A stretch of DNA of 64,000 nt from Paracoccus sp. (in: a-proteobacteria). Its GTDB lineage: Bacteria; Pseudomonadota; Alphaproteobacteria; Rhodobacterales; Rhodobacteraceae. The stretch covers positions 72 through 64,071 of the forward strand of contig JAUNTL010000004.1 of the NCBI GenBank assembly GCA_030538705.1. Direction: 5' to 3'. Shown here one piece after another: positions 54,985-64,000 of this stretch (positions are counted from its first letter, which is position 1; the number at the start of each line of letters is the position of its first letter). The notes under the pieces were generated by a model. It made no database searches. It saw only the letters and a list, made by a program, of their open reading frames with translations, and was not told the origin of the DNA. The position numbers and the translations under genes are program-made.

Positions 54985-55305
54985 TCAGACGTTCTCGTCG
55001 ATCCACGCCTTCAGCGCGGCCTTGGGTGCGGCGCCGATCTTGTTCGACACGACCTTGCCTTCACGGAACATGAACAGCGCCGGGATGCCGCGCACGCCCA
55101 GGGCGGCGGGGGTTTCGGGGTTCTCGTCGACGTTGACCTTTACGATCTTGATCTTGCCGGCATATTCGTCCGACAGCTCTTCCAGTGCCGGGCCGATCTG
55201 ACGGCAGGGGCCACACCATTCCGCCCAGAAATCGACGATGACAGGGGTATCGGCGTTAACGACCTCGGCCTCGAACTGGGCATCGGTTACGGGATGGGTG
55301 GCCAT
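54985..55305 (-). CDS. trxA: Thioredoxin
   Basis: [10 protein letters not shown]. Confidence 0.97.
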   Translation of the reverse strand: MATHPVTDAQFEAEVVNADTPVIVDFWAEWCGPCRQIGPALEELSDEYAGKIKIVKVNVDENPETPAALGVRGIPALFMFREGKVVSNKIGAAPKAALKAWIDENV

Positions 55306-55343
55306 GGCGGGATCTCCTGAATGGCAAAGGGTTGGTCTAACAG

Positions 55344-58300
55344 CTAGGAGCCGGGCGCGACAGGGTCAAGGGCGGCCATCACGCGGTCAAGCAGCGCATC
55401 GGGCAGCCACATCAGGCTGCGCCCCGCGGTCCACAGAACCCCCGCGTCGACCGCCCGGCCGGGATAAATGGCGCAAAGCGCGGCGCGATAGGCGGCCATC
55501 TGGCGCAGGATGCCCTCGGGTGTGTCCTCGGGGCGGGCCGGCAGGGTGGCGTTGGATTTATAGTCGATGACACAGACCCGGTCGGGCATGATGATCAGCC
55601 GGTCGGCGATGCCGCGCAACAGCCCGATGCCCGGCAGTTCGGCCGACATCTCGACCTCGGCCAGCACCTGCGCATCCGGCGGCGGGGTAAAGACCTGCGC
55701 CAGATCCGGGGCATCCAGAACGGCCACCGCCTCGGCCAGCAGGTGATCCAGCATCACGGCATCAGGCATCCCCCCCTCGGCCCCGGCCAAAAGATCGCGG
55801 GCGCGGGCCGGCCAGTCACCGCGCGGGCTGGCCGGCAGTTGTTCCAGCAGCAGGTGCAGCCTCGTGCCAAAGCGCATCGCCGCAACGGGGTCGTCGCCTT
55901 CGGGTCCGGCCAATGCCTTGGCCCCGCCCAGACCCGATGCCGAACGCACATCACGGCGCGACGGCACAGCGGGCGGATCGGTCCACAGCCAGCCGGTATC
56001 CCCGAGCGCGGCGCCGGGCACGGCGGCGGCGGCCGCGTCGGGCAACGCGGCCTCTGGCCAGTCGCCAAAGCTGTGGCGGCTGATCTCGCCCAGCCCGCCG
56101 GGCAGGGTTTCCTGCGTCAGATCAGCCCGGCCCAGCCCGTCGCGGATCAGCGCATACCAGCTTTCTTCGCCGCTGCCCGCCTCGCCATCGGCGGCAACGA
56201 TCAGCCAGCTTTCGGCCCGCGTCATCGCGACATAAAGCAGGCGCTTGCGCTCTTCGGCGTCCAGTGCGGCGGCGCGTGCCACGGCATCGGCGGCAAAGCC
56301 GGGGCGGTCGCCGGCACGGCCGGTCAGCATCGGCATGCCGGGCGCGCGCAGCAGTTCCGGCGGCCGCCACGACCCGCGGGCACGGGTATCGGGCAGGATG
56401 ACGATCGGGCTTTCCAGACCCTTGGCGCCGTGGACCGTCATCACGCGGATCAGCCCGGCCCCGGATCCGGGCTGGCGGCGGACCTCGACATCATCGGCCG
56501 AAAGCCAGACCAGAAACCCGGTCAGCGAAGGCACTTCGGTCCGCTCATAAGCAAGCGCCTGTGTCAGCAGCTCGTCGATGCCATCCTCGGCCTCGGGTCC
56601 GAGGCGCGCCAGCAGGCGCTCGCGCCCGCCGTGGCGGTTCAGCATGCGGCAAATCAGCTCGAACGGGCGCAGGCCGGAATGGCCGATCAGATCACCCAGC
56701 AGCGCCCGCGCATCGTCATGACCCGAGGCCCGCAGCCGCGTCCACAGATATTCGCCCCGCCCGCGACCATGCGCCAGCCGGAACAGCGCGTCCTCATCCA
56801 GCCCGATCAGCGGCGAGCGCAGCAGCGCCGCCAGCGACAGATCATCCTCGGGTGTCGCGAGAAAGTTCAGCATCGCGCGGATATCGCGCACCGCCAGCTC
56901 GGCCGCGAGTTTCAGCCGGTCGGCCCCGGCCACGGGCAGGCCGGCCGACTTCAGCGCGCGGATGATCTCGGAAAACAGGGGCGATCTGCGGCCCTGCACG
57001 AGGATCAGGATATCCCCCGGCCCGGCCCGCCGCGCGCCCTCGCGCGTTGGCAGCATCGCGCCACTCGCAGGATCAAGCATCGCCCCGATCCGGCGGGCGA
57101 TTTCCTCGGCCAGACGGGTCGGCGCGGCGTCGGGGGCAAGCTGGTCTACCGGATCGTCCCAGGCGGCCGGCTCGGGCCGTTCCTGCGGCACGATCGCGGG
57201 CCACAGATCGACGCGCCCCGGCCGGCCGGACAAAAAGGCGCGGTGATGGCTGTCTTGTCCCAGCCCGCGCCCGGCCTCGCCCGAAAAGGTCGCATCGACC
57301 GCGCGCAGAATCGCCGGAGAAGAGCGGAAGGAATATTCCAGATCAAGCCGCTGCATCGGGCGCCCGACGCCGGCAAAGGCATCGCCGAACTGATCGCGCC
57401 GCGATTCAAAAACCGCGATATCGGCGCCCTGAAAGGAATAGATCGACTGTTTGGGGTCACCGACGACGAACAGCGTGCGCTCGCGCGTGGTATCGCCCGC
57501 GGTGAATTCCGCCGTCAGTTTCTCGATCACGCGCCATTGCTCCGGCGAGGTGTCCTGAGCCTCGTCGACAAGGATATGGTCGATGCCGCCATCCAGCCGG
57601 AACAGCACCCATTGCGCCATCGTCGCCTCGGACAGCAGCGCGCCGGTGCGGGTAATGAGATCGTCGAAATCCAGCCAGCCGGCGGCGGATTTGCGGGCCA
57701 TATAGCGGCGGGCGAATTCTGTAGCGAACCGCCCGAGCCGGGCGTTGCGGTCGATGAAATCCAGCGCCATGCGCGACGGGCGGGCATCGGCCACCCGGTC
57801 CATCAGCGCGTCGAAATCGGCCATCAGGGGCGCACAGACCCCCTGCCGCAGCGGCTTTGTCGGGATCTTGCCGGCCTTGGATCCGAACGGGACCTTTGTC
57901 TTTTCGCCGTAAAGCAGCGCGGCCTCCAGCGCGGCCAGATCCCCGGTGCCGGGATTGTCCCAGCGGATCGCCGCCAGCCGTCCGGCCAGCGTCGCATCCG
58001 TGGCCCCGCCACCCGCCAGCAGCGGGGTCAGATCGCGCATCAGGGCCGGGTCGCCCGGCGTGATGACCTGCGCCACCAGATCAGCGGGCGCCAGCCCCGG
58101 CGCCAGACCGGCAGCCTGGCGCATGACGGCGGCAATATCCGCGCCGCCCTCATCACGTGCGAGCAGGGCCAGCAGACCGTCCAGACGTTCGCCCGAATGG
58201 ATCGCCGTCAGATCCGCAATCCCGGGCGCGGCACCGGCAGCCATCTCTTCCAGCACCTCGGCACGCAGCAGGGCGGCGGAACGGTCGTCCAGCTCTGCAA

Positions 58301-58733
58301 AGCCATGCGGCACCCCTGCCTCCAGCGGAAAGCGGCGCAGCAGGGCGGCGCAAAAGCTGTGAATGGTCTGCACCTTCAGCCCGCCCGGTGTCTCGATCGC
58401 CTGGGCGAACAGCCGCCGCGCGGCACCCAGATCGGCCACCCCGGCAACGCCAAGCGTTTCCAGCGCCGCCGCAAGCCCCGCGTCAGGCAGCATCGCCCAT
58501 TCGCCCAGACGCGCCAGCAGGCGGTTCTGCATCTCGGTCGCGGCGGCCTTGGTATAGGTCAGACACAGCACCCGTTCCGGCCGCGTTCCCGCCAGCAGCA
58601 GCCGCGCCACGCGGTCGGTCAGCACCCGCGTCTTGCCCGATCCCGCATTCGCCGTCAGCCAGGTCGAGCGCGCCGGATCGGCGGCCGCGATCTGGCGCAG
58701 CGTGGCGTCGTCAATCTGTCCCGGCTCAGTCAT
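55344..58733 (-). CDS. addA: Double-strand break repair helicase AddA
   Basis: [51 protein letters not shown] nuclease motif. Confidence 0.96.
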   Translation of the reverse strand: MTEPGQIDDATLRQIAAADPARSTWLTANAGSGKTRVLTDRVARLLLAGTRPERVLCLTYTKAAATEMQNRLLARLGEWAMLPDAGLAAALETLGVAGVADLGAARRLFAQAIETPGGLKVQTIHSFCAALLRRFPLEAGVPHGFAELDDRSAALLRAEVLEEMAAGAAPGIADLTAIHSGERLDGLLALLARDEGGADIAAVMRQAAGLAPGLAPADLVAQVITPGDPALMRDLTPLLAGGGATDATLAGRLAAIRWDNPGTGDLAALEAALLYGEKTKVPFGSKAGKIPTKPLRQGVCAPLMADFDALMDRVADARPSRMALDFIDRNARLGRFATEFARRYMARKSAAGWLDFDDLITRTGALLSEATMAQWVLFRLDGGIDHILVDEAQDTSPEQWRVIEKLTAEFTAGDTTRERTLFVVGDPKQSIYSFQGADIAVFESRRDQFGDAFAGVGRPMQRLDLEYSFRSSPAILRAVDATFSGEAGRGLGQDSHHRAFLSGRPGRVDLWPAIVPQERPEPAAWDDPVDQLAPDAAPTRLAEEIARRIGAMLDPASGAMLPTREGARRAGPGDILILVQGRRSPLFSEIIRALKSAGLPVAGADRLKLAAELAVRDIRAMLNFLATPEDDLSLAALLRSPLIGLDEDALFRLAHGRGRGEYLWTRLRASGHDDARALLGDLIGHSGLRPFELICRMLNRHGGRERLLARLGPEAEDGIDELLTQALAYERTEVPSLTGFLVWLSADDVEVRRQPGSGAGLIRVMTVHGAKGLESPIVILPDTRARGSWRPPELLRAPGMPMLTGRAGDRPGFAADAVARAAALDAEERKRLLYVAMTRAESWLIVAADGEAGSGEESWYALIRDGLGRADLTQETLPGGLGEISRHSFGDWPEAALPDAAAAAVPGAALGDTGWLWTDPPAVPSRRDVRSASGLGGAKALAGPEGDDPVAAMRFGTRLHLLLEQLPASPRGDWPARARDLLAGAEGGMPDAVMLDHLLAEAVAVLDAPDLAQVFTPPPDAQVLAEVEMSAELPGIGLLRGIADRLIIMPDRVCVIDYKSNATLPARPEDTPEGILRQMAAYRAALCAIYPGRAVDAGVLWTAGRSLMWLPDALLDRVMAALDPVAPGS

Positions 58734-61674
58734 CCCCGCCGACCTTCTGCACCTGCGGCTCGTCCCCGGCCATCCATTCGCCAAAGCGCGACAGGTGGTC
58801 ATAGTCACTGACATCGCCGGCCTTTTCCAGCGCGCGCCGCGCCGTGAACCCCTGTCCCCCGGCCAGATAGCGATGCATCAGGGCAACAAAGCGTGCCCAT
58901 GTCTCGGCCGCTGCCTGATCGGAAAATCTGCGCGCATGGGTCTGGCCCGCGCCGCCAAGCTGGATATAGCTGATCCCCGCGACCCCGACGGGGCCAAGCG
59001 CGTCAAAGGCACCCCGTTCGACCATCGCGGCCTCCAGCAACAGCTGCTTGTCGAAATGTTCGATCTGGGCATCGCTGGGCGGCGTGCCGGATTTATAGTC
59101 ATAGACATGCGCGCGTCCGTCATGCAGCAGGTCGATACGGTCGGGCCGCGCGGTCAGTTTCAGCGCCAGCCCCGGCACCGGCAGGCTGTGGCGGGTTTCC
59201 ACGACCAGCGGCCGGCCCAGTTGCAGCCGCGCGGCCTCGTCCACAGCGATCTGGCCGGCGATCTTTTCCATCCGCGCCTGCCAGAATGCCCGCGCGGCGG
59301 GCCAAGGCACCTCGCTGGACAGAACCTCTTGCGTGATGGCGAGAAACCGTGCCCGCAGCTCATCCACATCAATGCCGGGTTCGGGCGGCGGGGTCAGCAG
59401 GCGTTCGGCGATACGGTGCAGAACCTGCCCGCGCAGCGCCGCCCCCGGCTCGGGCCGCAGCGGGTCAAGCGGGCGCAGCCCCAGCACCTTGTCGGCGTAA
59501 ATCGCATAGGGATCGCGGATCAGCCCCCGCACCTGCGTGACCGAAATCTCTGCGAATGCCGGCGCGGGCGGCACGGGCGAGGGGCGCGGCGCCGGGTCCA
59601 GCCGGAAACGCGGCTGGCCCAGATGCCGCGCCAGCGCCAGCCATTTTTCGCCGCGCGCGCGCATACCCGCCAATGCCTGCGGACCAGAACGATCCGGCAG
59701 GCCCGACATCAGATTGACCAGCCGGTTCAGCCAGCGCGACGGGATGGTCTCGGCCTCGGCATCGCGGCGGGCGCGGGTCAGCACGACCTCGGGCGCGGCG
59801 ACCGCCTGCTGAAAGTCATGCGCCGAAAGGCCGATCTGGCGTTCAGGCAGGGTCAGCCCGGCCTCAAGCCGCATTGCCCGCGACAGCCATGGATCAGGCG
59901 GCAGCGCCTGCGGCCAACCGCCTTCGTTCAGCCCGGCAAGGATGACAAGCGCGCCGTCCGACAGCACGGCCTCGGTTCTTGCCTCGCGCGGGCCGCAGGC
60001 GCGGATCAGCGGATGGCCGCGGTCACCGGCACGCACGGCCTGGGCGGCAAGCTGGTTGCCGACAAGATCGGCATAATCGCGCGGACCCATGGGCTGGGCG
60101 CGCGCGGCGTGATCGGACAGATGCGTCATCGCCGCCCTGGCCGCATGGCCGGCCGCATCGGCCCATAGCCGCGAATCCCCCGCCTGCCCGCCCGGCCCCG
60201 CCGCAAGCCAGCCGGCCAGCCGCAGATGATCGCCGATCCGGTCCGGGACAGGGCGCGGCTGGCGGTCATCGCCGGCGATATCGAACATGTCCAGCGCCGC
60301 AGCCAGCCATTCACCCCAGACCTTGCGGCCGGCATCGCCGCGCTGTGACCAGTCGCGCAGCATGACGGCATCGGGAAAGGCCGGGCCGTGACGACGCAGA
60401 TGCAATTCCAGATCGCGGGTATGGCGCAAGGCATCGCCATGTTCCCCGGCCCCGGTCGCCGTCACCGGATGTTTCAGCAAGGCGATCAGCGCGTCGATCC
60501 CCAGCCGGCTGCCGAACAGGGCCGCCGTCTGGCGCAGAAACAGCCCCTGCGGTGACAGGTGCAGCGGCTCGCCGGCGCTGTCGTCGATCTCCAGCCCCCA
60601 GCGGTCCAGAGACGCCGCGACCCGCCGCACCAGCCCGCGATCAGCCGCAAACAGACGCACCGGCCGGCCCTGTCCGACCGCATCACGGATCAGGATGGCA
60701 ATGGCATCGGCCTCGTGCTGGGGCTGGTCGGCCTCGATCAGGGTCAGCCCGGCCGTGGGTGCGGCCAGATCGGGCAGGCCGGGGCCTTCGCTGATCCATT
60801 GATCCGTGACCGGCGCCGGACGCAGCGCGAGCGAGATCAGCCGGTTACGCGGATGATCCGCCACCGGCACCCATGGCCGCACCCCGTCCCCGCGCAGCGC
60901 GGCAAGCCGGGCCTGCGGGTGATCCCCGGACCCGTCGGTCAGGCCCTGCCAGACGGCTTCCGGCTGATCGAAATCATAGCCGGGCAACACCACCGCGCCC
61001 ATCGGCTGCGCCGCCAGCGCATGCAGAAACAGCCGCGTCGCCCCATGCGAACCGGTCGAGCCGACAGCCAGAACCGGCGCCCGAGGCAGATCACGCCCCG
61101 CCGCCCAGCCATCGGCCAGAGCCTGGGCCATATGGCGCTGACGCGCGGCGGCATCAATGGGCGGGCCGTCCAGATAGAACCCGGCCGCGATCCGCAAAAA
61201 TGTCAATGCGCGTTGCCAATGCGCGGCATGGTCGCGGGCGTCTATGCGTGACAGGCTGCCCGCGTCACAGCCCTCGGACTGCATCTCGGTCATCAGGGCG
61301 GCCAGTGATTGCGCCAGCTCCGGCACCGACTGGCCCGCGCCCGCCAAGGGATCACGCGCGATCAGCCCGGCCACCAGATTTCCCAGATCCAGCATGCGCG
61401 CCAGCGGGGCCGCGCGTTCGCCCGGCAGGGCCGCGCCCAGATCGCTCAGCAAGCGCAGGCGCGGCACCAGCAGCGGGCCGTGACGCCGCGCGTAATCATC
61501 GAATGCGCTGCGCAGCGAAACCAGCGTGCGGCCCGAATTGACGTGGATCGTCACCGCCGCCAGCGCCTCGGGCGGGCGGGTGCGCGCGCGGGCCATCAGC
61601 CCCTCGACCACACCCCGGCAGAAATCGGCACCGGGCGGCAGCGCGAATGTGCCGCCCTGCCAGTCAGACCACAT
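58726..61674 (-). CDS. addB: Double-strand break repair protein AddB
   Basis: GSTGS, DPYAIYA, RPDRID, YDYKSG; adjacent to addA. Confidence 0.94.
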   Translation of the reverse strand: MWSDWQGGTFALPPGADFCRGVVEGLMARARTRPPEALAAVTIHVNSGRTLVSLRSAFDDYARRHGPLLVPRLRLLSDLGAALPGERAAPLARMLDLGNLVAGLIARDPLAGAGQSVPELAQSLAALMTEMQSEGCDAGSLSRIDARDHAAHWQRALTFLRIAAGFYLDGPPIDAAARQRHMAQALADGWAAGRDLPRAPVLAVGSTGSHGATRLFLHALAAQPMGAVVLPGYDFDQPEAVWQGLTDGSGDHPQARLAALRGDGVRPWVPVADHPRNRLISLALRPAPVTDQWISEGPGLPDLAAPTAGLTLIEADQPQHEADAIAILIRDAVGQGRPVRLFAADRGLVRRVAASLDRWGLEIDDSAGEPLHLSPQGLFLRQTAALFGSRLGIDALIALLKHPVTATGAGEHGDALRHTRDLELHLRRHGPAFPDAVMLRDWSQRGDAGRKVWGEWLAAALDMFDIAGDDRQPRPVPDRIGDHLRLAGWLAAGPGGQAGDSRLWADAAGHAARAAMTHLSDHAARAQPMGPRDYADLVGNQLAAQAVRAGDRGHPLIRACGPREARTEAVLSDGALVILAGLNEGGWPQALPPDPWLSRAMRLEAGLTLPERQIGLSAHDFQQAVAAPEVVLTRARRDAEAETIPSRWLNRLVNLMSGLPDRSGPQALAGMRARGEKWLALARHLGQPRFRLDPAPRPSPVPPAPAFAEISVTQVRGLIRDPYAIYADKVLGLRPLDPLRPEPGAALRGQVLHRIAERLLTPPPEPGIDVDELRARFLAITQEVLSSEVPWPAARAFWQARMEKIAGQIAVDEAARLQLGRPLVVETRHSLPVPGLALKLTARPDRIDLLHDGRAHVYDYKSGTPPSDAQIEHFDKQLLLEAAMVERGAFDALGPVGVAGISYIQLGGAGQTHARRFSDQAAAETWARFVALMHRYLAGGQGFTARRALEKAGDVSDYDHLSRFGEWMAGDEPQVQKVGGDD

Positions 61675-62350
61675 CGCCTTGCTCTTTCAGCATCGCCTCG
61701 GCCAGCGGGATCGTCTCGGGGCGGCCCAGATCGCACCAGCCTCCGGGATGGGTCACGCCGTAAGCGCGCCCGTCCGCCATCATCAGATCCCAAAGCGTGT
61801 TCAGCGAAAACACCTGATCCGGGATCGCGGCAAGCCGTTCCGTCCTGATGATCTGGCAGCCGCCATAGATCAGATCACCGCGCCGCGTGATGCGGCCGGT
61901 ATGATCCAGCGAAAAATCCCCCGGCCCGATACGCCCGCGCGCCCGGCCATGCGGGATCAGCATCAAAAGCGCATCCATCCGCGCCTCGTCCCAGGCAGAG
62001 ACCAGCGTCGTCAGCGGGTTCGGCCCGGTCCAGATCACATCAGGGTTCAGCGTCATCACCCGGCCCGCACCCAAAAGCGGCAGCGCCTTGCGCAGGCCCC
62101 CGCCGGTTTCCAGCAACAGATCGGATTCGTCCGATACCGCGACATCACGCCCGGCCAGATGATCGCGGATCATATCGCCCAGATAATGCGTATTCACGAC
62201 GATCCGCCCCGCCCCGGCCGCGCGGCCAAGATCCAGCGCATGGTCCAGCAGGCAGCGGCCCGCGACCTGTATCAGCGGCTTGGGCAGGCTGTCGGTCAGC
62301 GGCGCCATGCGGGTGCCGCGACCGGCGGCAAAGATCATCAGCGGCGGCAT
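61664..62350 (-). CDS. Nucleotidyltransferase (MurU-like)
   Basis: FAAGRGTRM, PKPL, LETGGGL; follows an AmgK-like kinase. Confidence 0.85.
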   Translation of the reverse strand: MPPLMIFAAGRGTRMAPLTDSLPKPLIQVAGRCLLDHALDLGRAAGAGRIVVNTHYLGDMIRDHLAGRDVAVSDESDLLLETGGGLRKALPLLGAGRVMTLNPDVIWTGPNPLTTLVSAWDEARMDALLMLIPHGRARGRIGPGDFSLDHTGRITRRGDLIYGGCQIIRTERLAAIPDQVFSLNTLWDLMMADGRAYGVTHPGGWCDLGRPETIPLAEAMLKEQGDVV

Positions 62351-63774
62351 GTCGCGGCTATCCTTTCAATGATGCCGGGCGTCGGCGCGGGAATGCGCGC
62401 AACCAGCCCCGCCAGCGGTGCCAGTGCCGGATGGGCGACCGCGCTTTCGATCAGCGCCCAGGTGCGCGGCATAAAGCCCAGATATCGCGGCTTGCCGAAA
62501 TCGGTGCAAAGCCTTGTGTATATTCCCATGATCCGCAGGTTGCGCTGCGCGCTCAGCAGGGCCGAGGCGGCGGCAAAGCGATCCGGCTCCAGCCCGGTGA
62601 GTGCCAGAAAATGCGCGCGCGCGCCCTCGGCCACGCCATCGGGCAGCGCGCGGCGCGGATCATCCAGGACCGATACCAGATCATAGCCCGGATGCGCCGC
62701 AACCGCGTCCTGAAAGTCGATCAGCCCCAGCCGATCATCCGGTGTCAGAATGATGTTCTCGGCGTGAAAGTCGCGCAGGCTGGTGACCGGCGCGATATCG
62801 GCACAAAGCACGCGATACAGCCCGGCGATGACAGGTGCTATTTCATCCGCCGCGGCGCGTGCATCGGCCTCCGCCCCTGCGGCGGGGGGGTAATATTGCG
62901 CGAACAGCCCGACTTGATCGGCCATGCGCGCGCCGTCAAGCGCCGCAATCCCCGGTGCCGGCGGACAGGCGGCCAGCCGCGCCAGCAGGCCCGCGATACG
63001 CAGATAAAGCGGCCCCGCCCGATCGGGATCGGCGGCGACGATGCCGGCGATCTGGGCATCGCCAAGATCCTCGATCAGCGCCAGCCCGGCGCCGGGATCG
63101 GCGGCCAGCACAGCGGGCGCGGCAAAATCGCGCGCGCGCAGCCAGCCGGTCATCGCCAGATAGGGCGCAAGCGTCGTCGCATCGCTGTCCATCAGCACGG
63201 ATGTCGCCCCGCCCTCTTGCGTCAGGCGGAAATAGCGCCGGGCCGAGGCATCCCCCGCCAGCCGCGCGACCCGCGCCGCCCCCCAGCCGGCACGATGGAC
63301 GAAATCCGCCCGCTGCGCCGCGCGGCGCGCCATCTGCCCGCGCGGGCCGTCGCCATGGATCGAAATGCGGCGCAGGTCGGGATCATCGGCAACCGGCTGG
63401 ATACGGATGGTCAGCGCATCCGCGACCTGCCCCATCCTGTCCGGCCATTCGATCAGCGCGATGGAATCGGGCAGCGCGTCGGTCAGGCCCAGCTCGTCGA
63501 CCTCGGCCGGGTCGGTCAGGCGATACAGATCGGCATGCCAGATCGCCGGATCGCCCTCATAGGTCTGAACCAGCGTAAAGGTCGGGCTGGGCACCTCGTG
63601 ACACGGGTCATCCAGCCGGGCACGGATCAGCGCGCGGGCGAAATGCGACTTGCCGGCGCCGACGGGGCCATCCAGCAAAACGGTATCGCCTGCCCGCAAT
63701 TCCGTCGCGAGCGCCCGCGCGAGTGCCGCAGTCAGCCCCGCGTCCGCGGTCAGGGTCAATAGGGCATCGGACAT
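62338..63774 (-). CDS. tsaE: TsaE ATPase fused to APH-family phosphotransferase (AmgK-like)
   Basis: GPVGAGKS, SPTFTLVQ, HADLYRL, IEWP; then GDASARRYFR, RDFHAEN, IDFQDA. Confidence 0.9.
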   Translation of the reverse strand: MSDALLTLTADAGLTAALARALATELRAGDTVLLDGPVGAGKSHFARALIRARLDDPCHEVPSPTFTLVQTYEGDPAIWHADLYRLTDPAEVDELGLTDALPDSIALIEWPDRMGQVADALTIRIQPVADDPDLRRISIHGDGPRGQMARRAAQRADFVHRAGWGAARVARLAGDASARRYFRLTQEGGATSVLMDSDATTLAPYLAMTGWLRARDFAAPAVLAADPGAGLALIEDLGDAQIAGIVAADPDRAGPLYLRIAGLLARLAACPPAPGIAALDGARMADQVGLFAQYYPPAAGAEADARAAADEIAPVIAGLYRVLCADIAPVTSLRDFHAENIILTPDDRLGLIDFQDAVAAHPGYDLVSVLDDPRRALPDGVAEGARAHFLALTGLEPDRFAAASALLSAQRNLRIMGIYTRLCTDFGKPRYLGFMPRTWALIESAVAHPALAPLAGLVARIPAPTPGIIERIAATCRR

Positions 63775-64000
63775 GAGCGGTTCAGATCGTCAATGGCCCG
63801 TGCAAGGTCTTCGGGGATATGCACATCCAGCCCGGCCAGCTGATATTCCAGCTGCCCGAGGCTGGTCGCGCCGAGGATCGGCACGGTGTGAAAGGGCCGG
63901 GCCTTTTGCCAGGCAAGCGCCATGTGAACCGGATCGAGGCCCGCCATCCGCGCCAGCTGGTGATAGCTGTCGACCACCCGCACGGCACGGTCGGTCTTGC
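63756..64000 (-). CDS. Aldo/keto reductase, C-terminal part (5' end outside window)
   Basis: MALAW...PILGATSLGQL C-terminal AKR (Tas-like) motif. Confidence 0.75.
   Translation of the reverse strand, partial: KTDRAVRVVDSYHQLARMAGLDPVHMALAWQKARPFHTVPILGATSLGQLEYQLAGLDVHIPEDLARAIDDLNRSCPMPY

Overview
This is a GC-rich alphaproteobacterial chromosome segment, Rhodobacterales and probably Paracoccus-like, judged from the regB-senC-regA-hns, hslUV and tsaE-murU-addBA-trxA gene set. It carries housekeeping genes (tamAB, glk, ahcY, metK, clpP, grpE, hrcA, rph, rdgB, hemW, secB, fxsA, regAB, hslUV, trxA, addAB), a LacI-controlled sugar ABC and catabolic cluster, and a TRAP operon with a 5'-truncated dctP. 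A complete type I-E CRISPR-Cas system (cas3, cse1, cse2, cas7, cas5, cas6e, cas1, cas2) has a 72-repeat array. Two non-coding elements stand out. (1) A degenerate 5-repeat mini-array lies between cas3 and cse1. Its first 20-nt spacer matches the cse1 upstream region next to an AAG PAM, with mismatches at positions 6 and 12 only within the first 13 nt, which is the signature of Cascade-guided autoregulation. (2) An orphan array with 36-nt repeats and 30-nt spacers, type II-C-like, sits in an island that splits hslV from hslU. It lies beside a WYL gene with a Tat-like signal, and its last repeat runs directly into a tracrRNA-like 3' end, resembling a natural single guide or a Cas9-deletion scar. 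All calls come from reading the sequence and recognising motifs. No database searches were run.
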